This document shows positions 28,396 to 37,912 of a stretch of DNA of 64,000 nt, piece after piece. The notes beneath the pieces were generated by a model. It did not search any database and was not told the DNA's origin. It worked only from the letters and a program-made list of their open reading frames with translations. The DNA lies in IMG/VR virus record IMGVR_UViG_3300037420_002493, positions 1 to 64,000 of that record; one strand, 5' to 3'. Every line of letters starts with the position of its first letter. Within the stretch, counting starts at the first letter, position 1. The stretch comes from a virus (lineage: Duplodnaviria > Caudoviricetes). Both the position numbers and the translations under genes were made by a program.

Positions 28396-29034
28396 ATGGA
28401 TCGCGTAACTTTTATCATTGACGGATTTAATCTGTATCACTCAGTTCGTCAAGCTTCTAGGGATTCAGGTGGTTCGTCTACAAAATGGCTTGATATCAAA
28501 AGCTTGTGTTCGTCGTATCTCTATCTTTTTGGTAGAGCCGCCGTCCTCCATGAGATTTATTATTTTTCTGCTCTAGCTAACCACCTAGAAGCCGTTAATC
28601 CTGACGTAACCGAAAGACACAGGAGCTTCATCAAGTGTTTACAGGCAACGGGTGTGAAGACGGAACTTAACCGATTTAAAAGAAAGTCCATGACCTGTCC
28701 CTCATGCAGGCACGGTTTTAACAGGTATGAGGAGAAAGAAACAGATGTGGCAGTGGCAGTCAAACTGCTGGAGCTATTTTTCACTGATAACTGTGACATA
28801 GCGGTACTTATAACAGGCGACACTGATTTGGCTCCAGCTGTTAGAACCGCCAATCAGATTTTTGCCAGCAAGAAAGTTGTTTTCGCCTTCCCTTACAAGC
28901 GAAAGAATCAGGAGCTATTGAGATTAGCGCCAGGGTCGTTTGACATCAATAAGAGGAAGTATTTGGCGCATCAATTTTCTGATCCATATATACTGCCAGA
29001 CGGTTCAAAGATTCACAAACCTAGCAGTTGGTAA
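28396..29034 (+). CDS. NYN/LabA (DUF88) PIN-fold ribonuclease
   Basis: FIIDGFNLYH, EEKETDVAVA, LITGDTDL.PAV catalytic acidic motifs. Confidence 0.9.
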   Translation: MDRVTFIIDGFNLYHSVRQASRDSGGSSTKWLDIKSLCSSYLYLFGRAAVLHEIYYFSALANHLEAVNPDVTERHRSFIKCLQATGVKTELNRFKRKSMTCPSCRHGFNRYEEKETDVAVAVKLLELFFTDNCDIAVLITGDTDLAPAVRTANQIFASKKVVFAFPYKRKNQELLRLAPGSFDINKRKYLAHQFSDPYILPDGSKIHKPSSW

Positions 29035-29117
29035 AAACTCTATAGATTAAACATAAGGCTATGCTTTAAAGGCAAAAGTTATTGCTATTGCTACCCTACA
29101 AGCATTTAGGCAGTCCT

Positions 29118-29657
29118 ATGACCGTATCCACCTACAAATGGACGATCGACCGTTATCATCAAGCCGTTGATGCTGGGATTTTTCATGACCAGTCGATCGA
29201 GCTATTGAAGGGAGAACTTGTTTTAATGCCACCTGAAGGACCGGAACACGCTCATCGCTGCGAGACGGCTGCACGGTATTTAGAGCGTCTGTTTGGTGAG
29301 GGTTGGTGGTCACGTCAGGGTAAGCCCATCACTCTAGCCGATTCTGAGCCGCAGCCTGATATCGCGATCGTGCGTGAGCAAGATTACACGAACGGGCATC
29401 CTACCCCTAACGACATTCGGCTTGTGGTGGAATACGCCTACAGCACTCAAGCAAAAGATACGGGCATGAAGCGAGACGTTTATGCAGAAGCAGGCATTTT
29501 AGATTATCTAGTGATTGACCTGAAACGATCTGCCGTGATTCATTACGCTAATCCTGTTGAGGGCAGCTACACCACAGAGCAAACGTTCACCGATGGCATG
29601 ATTCAGATTGGGCAGGTCACGATCGATGTTCGGAGACTGCTGAGATCTGTACTTTAG
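29118..29657 (+). CDS. Uma2 family (PD-(D/E)xK) endonuclease
   Basis: W(T)IDRYHQ..ELL.GEL..M.PEGP.H; SEPQPDIAIV; LVVEYA.ST..KD...K...YA.AGI. Confidence 0.9.
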   Translation: MTVSTYKWTIDRYHQAVDAGIFHDQSIELLKGELVLMPPEGPEHAHRCETAARYLERLFGEGWWSRQGKPITLADSEPQPDIAIVREQDYTNGHPTPNDIRLVVEYAYSTQAKDTGMKRDVYAEAGILDYLVIDLKRSAVIHYANPVEGSYTTEQTFTDGMIQIGQVTIDVRRLLRSVL

Positions 29658-29731
29658 AAGTGATGACCAAATCGGTCAGCAGTCCTGCTACAGTAACCTG
29701 GTTGTAGCTGCAATTTCTAAGAGTATCAGTA

Positions 29732-30325
29732 ATGGATAATGACCCTCTACTAACAGAGAGTGAAATTGAAAGGCTTCAGGAGCGGCTGAGTCAGGAGGTA
29801 GGAGATTTTGTTGTGGGTCTTGCAAGGGAAGGGGAGCGAGCAGCGGTGGTTTTGGGTGCCGCTCGCTTAGATGTAAGCCTTGAAAACCTTCTCAAGAAGT
29901 TAATGCACCCTCATCCTGGTGGTTCGGATAATCTCTTTGATTCTCAGCGTCCTCTTAGCTCCTTTTCTACCAAAATTGCTCTTGCATATAGATTAGGCGT
30001 GATCGACAGAAGCTTTGAACACGCTTTGCAGATGGTAAGAAAAATTCGGAATGATTTTGCTCATTCCATTGCTGTTGCGAGTCTTTCTGCCCCACCCTAC
30101 AAAAATCAGCTTAACGAGCTAATTAAAGACGTTAAAAAAGATGGGGATTCTTTCGACAATATAGCGAGTGGCTTGAGAGAACAAAGATTTCCTGAAGAAG
30201 TATTGGATTTCTGTGCTGCCGTTATGATATTGCTCATGCGACTTGAAATGCTGACAGAAGTGAGCGTTCAGTTCCAACCAGCCAGGACAGCAAAACTAGA
30301 TAAAACTCGATTTCTAGAAAATTGA
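29732..30325 (+). CDS. MltR-like / HEPN-superfamily protein
   Basis: ERAAVVLGAA.LD..LE.LL; PLSSFS.KI.LAYRLG.I; IRKIRNDFAH-type RxxxxH motif (RNDFAH). Confidence 0.8.
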   Translation: MDNDPLLTESEIERLQERLSQEVGDFVVGLAREGERAAVVLGAARLDVSLENLLKKLMHPHPGGSDNLFDSQRPLSSFSTKIALAYRLGVIDRSFEHALQMVRKIRNDFAHSIAVASLSAPPYKNQLNELIKDVKKDGDSFDNIASGLREQRFPEEVLDFCAAVMILLMRLEMLTEVSVQFQPARTAKLDKTRFLEN

Positions 30326-30486
30326 AGCTGCTTGAGTCGCACAACAACAATTGGTCATAGCTGACCAATTTCAGGAAGGGACGATCGTCCCTTCCACTGA
30401 ATCCATTCGGTGAAGCCAACACATAAATCATCCCTTCTTTTCTAAACAGCGTGTGCTAATGTCAGGGAAAGAGTTAACGCTGTATT

Positions 30487-30702
30487 ATGCCAAGAAGCAC
30501 AAAGATTTCGACAAACATTGTTTTAGGTGACACAGCCGATGAGCGCGATCGTCGCCTAAATTCATTACGTGAAATCGCCTCATACTGCGGCTATACAGGT
30601 AGGTATGGCGGTAATATTAGCGAGTTGCTATGTGCGATTGCCGATTTACCGGAAGAGGATAGAAAGGTGATTGCGGGCGTGCTCCAGAAATTTTTGAAAT
30701 AG
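30487..30702 (+). CDS. Small putative DNA-binding protein
   Basis: 71 aa; G...R.GGNISELL.AIA pattern; directly upstream of strong promoter. Confidence 0.5.
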   Translation: MPRSTKISTNIVLGDTADERDRRLNSLREIASYCGYTGRYGGNISELLCAIADLPEEDRKVIAGVLQKFLK

Positions 30703-30705
30703 GGG

Positions 30706-30791
30706 TTGACGCTTCATTTAGCATACGCTAAATTAGATTCATCGAGAGCAAACGCCACACACCGCTCTCCCAAGTTTTAGGAATCGCTACC
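30706..30791 (+). promoter_or_regulatory. Promoter TTGACG-17-TAAATT plus leader hairpin GAGAGC...GCTCTC-CCAAG (copy 1)
   Basis: Leader nearly identical to 59415-59455. Confidence 0.6.
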
Positions 30792-31019
30792 ATGCCTCAA
30801 GCTACTCAAGCCCAAGTCCAGTCTCTCATCGCTCAAGGTTACGTTTGCCCGGAGCGGATTGCCGCTCTACCATCCGACGCGGTTCTAACCCGTATCCACT
30901 GGGTTTATATCAGTGACGAAGAGTATTCGTTAGACCTTGACGCATGGATTAACTATGCCGAGGCTCAATACCCTGGTCTCGATGTCGAAGCTCTCGACAT
31001 GGCGATCGGGTGCTGCTAG
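30792..31019 (+). CDS. Hypothetical protein
   Basis: 75 aa, AGGA RBS upstream. Confidence 0.6.
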   Translation: MPQATQAQVQSLIAQGYVCPERIAALPSDAVLTRIHWVYISDEEYSLDLDAWINYAEAQYPGLDVEALDMAIGCC

Positions 31020-31112
31020 TGCGACAAAGCCGCGATGGTGCCGGATCGAATCCGGTTCGCTCTCTCGCCTCATTCGAGGCACAACGTAAACACTTTTTTG
31101 GAGAATTCAATC

Positions 31113-31625
31113 ATGCTGACTATCAAAACCCTCGCAACCGCTTCTCTCGAACAACTCAGAGCCTTTGCAGCAGAACACGGCATCGTTCCCGTTGGCGATA
31201 AGCGCCGTTTGGATACTTACCGTGATGCGATTCAAGACTTCTTCGCTGCTATGAAAGAGGTGGTTACAGAAGGCGTTGTTGTAGCTGCCCGCGTTGCTGA
31301 CCAAGTAGCAGAAGCTGTCACCAGCAAAGAGGCGAAAGCATTCTATGGCAAGGTTTACGCTGCTGCTAAGGTGGTTGGGAAAATTTTCATCCATCTCATG
31401 CTGATCACGATCGCTCTTGGAATGCTTGCCCGTGACGTGTGGCAGAGTCGGGAGGAGGTGAAAGCCTCGATCGTGACTCTCTATCACCGCTCAATCTGCT
31501 CTACACAGGATTGGCTCAAAGCTCAGTCGAGAAAGGGTAGAGACGCGGTGAGGATCAACATTATTCAGCCCGTTCTCAACCATCGTGAGCGGATTCGGGC
31601 AATGGCAAGAGCAGCCGCTAGGTGA
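31113..31625 (+). CDS. Protein with N-terminal HeH/Rho-N-like domain and central hydrophobic helix (paralog of 59465-59992)
   Basis: LATASL.QL..FA.EHGI.PVGDKR.L.T.RDA.QDFFAA and identical MARAAA end. Confidence 0.75.
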   Translation: MLTIKTLATASLEQLRAFAAEHGIVPVGDKRRLDTYRDAIQDFFAAMKEVVTEGVVVAARVADQVAEAVTSKEAKAFYGKVYAAAKVVGKIFIHLMLITIALGMLARDVWQSREEVKASIVTLYHRSICSTQDWLKAQSRKGRDAVRINIIQPVLNHRERIRAMARAAAR

Positions 31626-31719
31626 TGGTAGTCGTAATGAAATCGGTCATAGCTGACCGATTTCACCTGCATAAAGTCAGGCATAATGGGGCAGCCTCTA
31701 CGACTCTACACCTCACCTA

Positions 31720-33045
31720 ATGTCGATCAATTTTTCAGAGCTTAAAACAACTGAAGATGTTTACATCGAAATTGGTCGCCGCTATGTCGCTGAAACGCGG
31801 CTCCAGGAAGCGATCGCGGCTGCATTAAACGGCACTTACTATGAATTTGCTGCCGCCAAGAAGAAGGCGTCAGGTAAGAAAAACTGTAATCCCGCAAAGA
31901 GTCATTTCTGCCAGACCCCAAACGGAACAGGAAGCTGTGTCTCGCTGGGCAAGCAATGCAAATTCAAGCCAAGTGGCAGCGTCAAGCAAGCCGCAGTTTA
32001 CACTGGCGAAAATGCGTCATCCGCGATCGCGGCACCTGAAAAACCTAAAAAATCAACAAAGAAAACGACCAAGAAGGCAGAAGCGGTTCCTGTAAAAGAA
32101 ATTGACACAGCAGGAATTCATGAAGATTTTGTTCCTCTTTATAAAATGGCTAATGGTTTCAAGCCTGATGAGATTAAACTGACGGATGATCAAGTCGAGG
32201 CTGCGAAGGGGTTTATGGAAGACAAATATAAAGGGACTCCAAAACAAAAGCAGATCAAAAAAGAAGGCAAAACCACAGACGAGGAGTCGCAGGCTTTGGC
32301 TAATTGGCTAGGAATCTCCTATCAAGAAATGAGTGCCAGGATCTGGAAAGCTACTTCGGTAGAAGATTCTGACGGGGGAATTCTAGCGGCGGATATTTTA
32401 GCAGCTAAAGCTTTGCATAAATTACCATCCGCTACAGCCGAACAAATCGCCAAAGGTGCTGAAAAGAAAGGGGTTTACGATTTTGATCCTACCAAGCCAT
32501 TAAAACGATGGATGAGGATTAAAGGCGAGGGTGGGGCAGAAGAGTTTATCAAAAAATACCAAGATAATATTGGGAAAGAGATCACCGAGGATAATTTTTT
32601 TGGAACTTCCCACCTTAGCGCCAATCAAATGTCGGCATTCTCAACAGGTGCAAACGTAATCTATCAGGTTGAGGCAAAACTTGATGGGACGGGGCAAGGG
32701 AAATATGTAGATCACTACAAGAAGACAATGAGCGAAGGGGAGATTCTATTCCCTCCATACTCAAAATTCAAAGTTGTCAAAGTCGTCGCGCCAAAAACAG
32801 ATCCCCTAAGCAAAGAGGAACATACTTCTATTGCTATCCATGATGCAGTCGAGGAAGCAAAATTTATGTCGTCTTTGATTGGAACCTCAATGAAGGGGCA
32901 ATACAAGTATCTCACAGGAAAAACACTACCAAAAGACTGGAAAGACCAAGTAGAGCTTGCCAAGAAAGCCAAAGAAAAATTGAAAAACTTCGATAGCCAA
33001 GATGGGCATCTTGATGCCTATACCATCCATTTACAGGAGATCTAA
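31720..33045 (+). CDS. ADP-ribosyltransferase (R-S-E clade, VIP2/Alt-like), probably head-packaged
   Basis: LKRW.RI (R), FFGTS (S), SEGEILFP (ExE); N-terminal Cys cluster; NFSE motif. Confidence 0.75.
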   Translation: MSINFSELKTTEDVYIEIGRRYVAETRLQEAIAAALNGTYYEFAAAKKKASGKKNCNPAKSHFCQTPNGTGSCVSLGKQCKFKPSGSVKQAAVYTGENASSAIAAPEKPKKSTKKTTKKAEAVPVKEIDTAGIHEDFVPLYKMANGFKPDEIKLTDDQVEAAKGFMEDKYKGTPKQKQIKKEGKTTDEESQALANWLGISYQEMSARIWKATSVEDSDGGILAADILAAKALHKLPSATAEQIAKGAEKKGVYDFDPTKPLKRWMRIKGEGGAEEFIKKYQDNIGKEITEDNFFGTSHLSANQMSAFSTGANVIYQVEAKLDGTGQGKYVDHYKKTMSEGEILFPPYSKFKVVKVVAPKTDPLSKEEHTSIAIHDAVEEAKFMSSLIGTSMKGQYKYLTGKTLPKDWKDQVELAKKAKEKLKNFDSQDGHLDAYTIHLQEI

Positions 33046-33053
33046 TAAATCAA

Positions 33054-33302
33054 ATGTCTGACAATGAAGAGTATGTTTTAGACAGCGCAAAAGAAGAGCA
33101 GTTTGTTAAAGAACTGAAAGGTTTACTTGCTGGTGATGGCAACGCATTCGATCGAATGAATGCGGGACAGGGCGGCGAAGGATTGCCAAAGTGGTTTTTA
33201 GATCTTGCAGAAAACCTAAGAAAGCAGGGTGTTACCGACGAAAATTTTGATGAATGGTACGCAAAAAACAAGAAAGACAAGGGAAAGAAATTCGACGATT
33301 AA
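33054..33302 (+). CDS. Small charged protein directly downstream of ART
   Basis: 82 aa, D/E/K-rich, 8 nt after ART stop. Confidence 0.65.
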   Translation: MSDNEEYVLDSAKEEQFVKELKGLLAGDGNAFDRMNAGQGGEGLPKWFLDLAENLRKQGVTDENFDEWYAKNKKDKGKKFDD

Positions 33303-33420
33303 AACCTATGTCCGAGAGTCGATCGTAAAACTCATTACAACAGCCAAGCAAATCGGTCATAGCTGACCGATTTCAACTAGATAAAAACGAGCAGATTTAA
33401 CCCAAGACAAGCCCCTCTCA

Positions 33421-34158
33421 ATGCTCAAACTTCCCACCAATCCAACTGCCGATCAGATTAAAGCGATCGTCACCGCCACCATCCGTGAAACATTCGAGGA
33501 CGACGCCACTCTCACAGGCGATATCAAGCCCTATGGGAAAAGCGGATGGCAGGTTACGTACAAAAGTGGTGATATTGAGTTCATCCTCGAATGGGACGGC
33601 AACGAATTCACCAAATATCCCAAGCCTAGTAACTTCAGCGAGTTTGAGTTTGGTGCCATCATTGACAAGGTTCTGAAGTGGAACGGTCTAGATATTGGCG
33701 TTGAGTACAACCCAGGTCAAGTAAGGTTCCCAGGTCGTAAGAACTCAAAGAAACTACGATCGGGTTATGGGCATATCCGTAACCATGTGGGGGCAGACGG
33801 AGAGGCATTAGACTGCTACATCTATTCAGGGTTGCTAAATGACTCGCAATCTGGGTCTAATTTGATTTTCCGCGTCACTCAGCTTGCCGACGATGGCGAC
33901 TTCGACGAGTACAAGTTTATGCTCGGGTATGCCAGTAAGGGAGCTGCTCAGGATGCATACTTGCAGGAGATGCCCAAAGAGTTCTTCGGAGGAATTGAAG
34001 CGGTCGATCGGGAGCACATTGACGACTACCGCAAACCCTCGAACTACGCAGAATCTGAGGTTCTGTCAGATAGTGAGTGGGATGGATTAGCAGGAATTGA
34101 TGATGCGTCGATCGCGGATGCGCTAGACACGATGGCTGATCCTGGAAATCGGTCATAG
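33421..34158 (+). CDS. Protein with inorganic-pyrophosphatase-like domain (polyvalent-protein type)
   Basis: IGVEY..G.VR; YGHI....GADGEALD.YI; FRVTQ....G.FDEYK.MLGY.S...A..AYL. Confidence 0.8.
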   Translation: MLKLPTNPTADQIKAIVTATIRETFEDDATLTGDIKPYGKSGWQVTYKSGDIEFILEWDGNEFTKYPKPSNFSEFEFGAIIDKVLKWNGLDIGVEYNPGQVRFPGRKNSKKLRSGYGHIRNHVGADGEALDCYIYSGLLNDSQSGSNLIFRVTQLADDGDFDEYKFMLGYASKGAAQDAYLQEMPKEFFGGIEAVDREHIDDYRKPSNYAESEVLSDSEWDGLAGIDDASIADALDTMADPGNRS

Positions 34159-34176
34159 CTGACCGATTTGATAACC

Positions 34177-34875
34177 ATGCAAGCATTAGCAATTCAATTC
34201 GACGAATGGTTTGATGGGATTAAGTGGGATCGGCGCGTGGGGCGCTATCGTCGCAGTGATGGCAAACTCATTTCTCGTGACACGGTTCTACAACTCACCC
34301 GCAATAATATCGACGAACAGCGACAAGAGTTGCTGAAGTTAGCTGACCAATATGATGCAGGCGGAATTGATTTAATTGGGCTCCAACGATCGGTAGCCCA
34401 AATCATCAAACGGATTCATATTCAGAGCGCGATTCTGGGAAAAGGAGGCGTCGATCGGGTCACGGATGCGGATTGGCTCACTGTTGCCCGTGAACTAAAG
34501 CGGCAATACTACACGGGCATCGACCCCATTACAGGTCAGCGCTTTGGTTTAAAGTATCTCGCTCAGAAGTTAGCAAATCAACAACTGTCTCTGGCTCAAC
34601 TGAAAAACAGTCTGACCATGTTTGCGGCATCTGGGAAAGTGTCATATTTCCGTATGGCAACTGCGGCATCAAAAGCAGATGGGTTGCTGTACGGCATTCG
34701 AGTATTGGGCAAGCTCGATAACTGCGACGATTGCACGGAATATGCTGCTCTGCCACCGCAACCGATCGAAGATGTCATACCGCCTACGCAACGCTGCAAG
34801 TGTCGCACAAATTGCGGCTGTAAAATTGTTCCGCTAACACTGCAAGAAGCAATTTCACGTGGGATGCAGATCTGA
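34177..34875 (+). CDS. Minor head/head morphogenesis protein (gpF/gp7-like)
   Basis: WD...GRYR...G.LIS; C-terminal C.DC..YA...P...C.C..NC.C. Confidence 0.65.
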   Translation: MQALAIQFDEWFDGIKWDRRVGRYRRSDGKLISRDTVLQLTRNNIDEQRQELLKLADQYDAGGIDLIGLQRSVAQIIKRIHIQSAILGKGGVDRVTDADWLTVARELKRQYYTGIDPITGQRFGLKYLAQKLANQQLSLAQLKNSLTMFAASGKVSYFRMATAASKADGLLYGIRVLGKLDNCDDCTEYAALPPQPIEDVIPPTQRCKCRTNCGCKIVPLTLQEAISRGMQI

Positions 34876-34939
34876 TCTTGGAAATGACAACTAGAATGAA
34901 TTGTCCAAAGGCGATGGACAAAGCGGGGGACCGGGAAGC

Positions 34940-35689
34940 ATGACTCAGAAGCGAACTGTAACTGGACGGATTCAACGCCCGGATCTAACTGGTTGGGCAA
35001 ACGCATCAGTTGCATTTAAACTTCAGCCCTATTCTTATACGGACAGTAGTGTACTACCACGCTCGATCGTGTCGGCAACAACCGACGAGAATGGCGAGTT
35101 TGAGGCTGATCTTTGGGTTAATGAAGAAGGAATTCAGCCTTGTGAATATCGATGTCGTTTGCCGTCAGGTGAAGAAGTTGTGTTTGTGCTTCCATCTGGC
35201 GAGGGAGAGATTAGTTTACCCGCGCTGATTGAGCTTGGACAGCCGCCTGCGCCGTCAAGCGATACTCTAGTCACTCTGATTCAGTCCCAAATTGAGCAGA
35301 TTGCTCGCGATGTTCTAGACGCACAGTTGCAACCCCTTTCGGGTGTGGCGGCAATTAATCTCAGCGCTCTCCGGGTTGTAGTTTTAAGCGATGACTATGA
35401 ACTCATTTATGCTGACAGCACCAATCTGGATCATGCTTTTTCTGCACTGGGCATCACGACTCAAGCGTTTAATATCGGCACTCAAGCTAGTGGCGTGACT
35501 CGCGATCGCGTGAGTGATCCTTCCTGGAATTGGGATATTCGCAAACCAATCTACTTGGGTCAAAACGGACAGCTAACCCAAACTTTTCCGACTACAGGTT
35601 TCGAGCGGCAAGTCGCGCAAGCTCTTAGCCCGACTGACATTCTATTTTCTGCCGAGGAGGCGATCGTATGGCAAGCAACGTCTTTCTAG
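34940..35689 (+). CDS. Putative virion structural protein
   Basis: Ig-like N-terminal region; C-terminal W.W.....IYLG..G.LTQ..PT.GF...VA.A. Confidence 0.55.
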   Translation: MTQKRTVTGRIQRPDLTGWANASVAFKLQPYSYTDSSVLPRSIVSATTDENGEFEADLWVNEEGIQPCEYRCRLPSGEEVVFVLPSGEGEISLPALIELGQPPAPSSDTLVTLIQSQIEQIARDVLDAQLQPLSGVAAINLSALRVVVLSDDYELIYADSTNLDHAFSALGITTQAFNIGTQASGVTRDRVSDPSWNWDIRKPIYLGQNGQLTQTFPTTGFERQVAQALSPTDILFSAEEAIVWQATSF

Positions 35690-36174
35690 GACTACTCAAC
35701 AATGTCCGAACCTGGATTACAGCAATTTCTCAAAGTGCGGGTGTGGCAGACGCTAACAAGATTGTCGCGACTGACTCAACGGGGAAGCTGCACATCTCCC
35801 TCATGCCGACAGGCGTAAATGCGGAAGCTCTCGCGGTTCCAGTATCCGAGGCGCTTTCAGCGGGCGACTTTGTAAATCTCTACGATGTAAGCGGCACTCT
35901 AACGGCACGAAAAGCAGACGCAAGCAACGGACGCGCTGCACATGGATTTGTCCTGGCGGCAGCACCATCAGGAACGGCAACGGTCTATCAGGAAGGGCTA
36001 AATAATGCTGTTTCTGGTCTAACTGATGGGGCGACCGCCTACCTTGGCACTGCTGGAGCCGCAGTTACAACCGCGCCATCTTATGTTAGCGGGCGGATCT
36101 ATCAGGAGTTAGGCTATACCACTTCTGCCACTGCGGTCTTTTTCCAGTTCTCTAACGCAATCCCCTACCAATAA
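35668..36174 (+). CDS. Putative virion/fibre-associated protein
   Basis: 168 aa A/G/T-rich; N-terminus paralogous to next gene. Confidence 0.6.
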   Translation: MASNVFLGLLNNVRTWITAISQSAGVADANKIVATDSTGKLHISLMPTGVNAEALAVPVSEALSAGDFVNLYDVSGTLTARKADASNGRAAHGFVLAAAPSGTATVYQEGLNNAVSGLTDGATAYLGTAGAAVTTAPSYVSGRIYQELGYTTSATAVFFQFSNAIPYQ

Positions 36175-37070
36175 TGCCGAGCGTTCTTGCCCTAGTTAAC
36201 AACGTCAAGAATTGGGTTTCCGCGATCGCTGTGTCTGCGGGGATTGCTGATGCCAGCAAGGTTCCACTTACCAATAGCAGCGGAATACTTGATAACTCGC
36301 TGATTAACTGGGCATCGCCAGGAGCGATCGGAAGCACAACAGCAAGTACGGTTCGATGCTCTCAGTTTACGGTTGCGGGTTCATCGGGAATAACGAAGGA
36401 TATTCGTTGGTTTACAGGTACTATTCCGCTTTGGAATCTGTTCTCTAACTCTTCTGATAACCTGGTTTTGTCCTACTACGATGCGGCGGGCGCTTATTTG
36501 GGCGATGCTCTAAGCGTCAATAAAGCAACCGGGGTTATCACCTTCCCAAAGACGAACATCTTCACGCCGGCTCAAACTTTTAGTGCAGGGCTGAATAGCT
36601 CAGGAACGATCGCCGTTACGGGTAGCCAATCTCAGATCACGCTCACGCCGTCCTCACCCTCGCCAGGTGGGGGTTTTAGATACGTCTATACATCGGGATC
36701 ATCGATCGGACTGGTGTTTGCGGGCAATGGCTGTAACTTGCAATTCGGTTTAGGTACATCACTCGCCGCGATTTTTAATTCGGGCAGCCCGTTAACGTTT
36801 CAAGCCGATGCATCGGGTACAGCTCAAGGAATGATGTTTGTCGGCACAGGTTCCGCATTTAGCAGCAGCGATCGGTTACAGGTCAATGGAAATATTGCAT
36901 CAAACGGATCGGTAAGAGTTGGCTCTTACACGGTTGCTACCGTTCCCGCTAATAACGCCAATACTATTGGCGCAATGATTTACGTTTCAAATGAATCTGG
37001 CGGCGCAACGATCGCGTTTAGCGACGGAACAAATTGGAGACGAGTGCACGATCGGGCAATCATTAGCTAG
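36174..37070 (+). CDS. Putative tail fibre protein
   Basis: S/G/T-rich; C-terminal YTVAT(V)P...GAMIYVS..GG...AFSDGTNWRRV motif. Confidence 0.7.
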   Translation: MPSVLALVNNVKNWVSAIAVSAGIADASKVPLTNSSGILDNSLINWASPGAIGSTTASTVRCSQFTVAGSSGITKDIRWFTGTIPLWNLFSNSSDNLVLSYYDAAGAYLGDALSVNKATGVITFPKTNIFTPAQTFSAGLNSSGTIAVTGSQSQITLTPSSPSPGGGFRYVYTSGSSIGLVFAGNGCNLQFGLGTSLAAIFNSGSPLTFQADASGTAQGMMFVGTGSAFSSSDRLQVNGNIASNGSVRVGSYTVATVPANNANTIGAMIYVSNESGGATIAFSDGTNWRRVHDRAIIS

Positions 37071-37077
37071 GTGAAAT

Positions 37078-37776
37078 ATGAAACCCTATGAATTTCTAGT
37101 TCGGTGGAACTCAGAAGGTGTGCTGCAAGGGGCACACGTCATTTTTCAAGAGCAGTTAACGGATTCTCTTGGGAACACGACTCCTGTGATTCATCCGGCT
37201 CAACCTGTGGCGATCGGAGAAGCGCAGGGCTTTCCCTTGGAAGATGTTCTAGGGGAAGTAAATGCAGCAGCACTAAAGACTATTGATGAGTTAAAGCAGT
37301 CTCACCAAGACGAGACTGAGGCAAACACCGCGGCACATAATGCTGCAATTCAGCAGCTTCAAGACGCGCATCAGACCGAATTGCTCGTTCTAAAACAAGA
37401 GCACGAAGCGAGTTTGAGCCAGTTGCGGCAATCCTATGAGCAACAGCTTGAGCAACTCACCCAAGAACTAGAATCGTTCAAGAACCCTCCCATTAAGTGG
37501 AGTCAGTTTCGTTTAGCCATGATGGGTAATGCGGCTTACGATCGGGTGGAAGAATCGCTATCTGACAGCAAAGAGGGAACGCGGCTGCTGATTAAGTTGA
37601 CCACAGTGGTTAGCATGGACAATCCGAACCTTGTGGTGCTCCAATCGGTCTGGAATACAGCGCTTGATTTAGTGGGCTATCCAACCGCAGATGACATTGC
37701 AGAGTGGAATGCAAACGCAACGGGCACGAATGTTCCGATCCGATTCGATGACAACGGGAAAATCACAATAATCTAA
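37078..37776 (+). CDS. Hypothetical protein with coiled coil (possible fibre chaperone)
   Basis: YEFLVRW...G.LQGAH N-terminus; follows fibre gene. Confidence 0.55.
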   Translation: MKPYEFLVRWNSEGVLQGAHVIFQEQLTDSLGNTTPVIHPAQPVAIGEAQGFPLEDVLGEVNAAALKTIDELKQSHQDETEANTAAHNAAIQQLQDAHQTELLVLKQEHEASLSQLRQSYEQQLEQLTQELESFKNPPIKWSQFRLAMMGNAAYDRVEESLSDSKEGTRLLIKLTTVVSMDNPNLVVLQSVWNTALDLVGYPTADDIAEWNANATGTNVPIRFDDNGKITII

Positions 37777-37912
37777 ATAGCGTCAGTGGTTCTGTTGATG
37801 CCGTTTTCAGAACATCAGGCATAATGGCGTGAGCAACGATTCAGCTACACGATCGGGATTACCAACCGTGTCTAAGCCCTCTCTCTCAAACTACAAACTT
37901 TTGGAGCTTTTC

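Noticed and set aside
31749-31759. Spacer 3 matching CAACTGAAGAT in ART gene
   Set aside because: An 11-nt match is within chance for 64 kb; the full-length in-frame match at 33424 explains the spacer.
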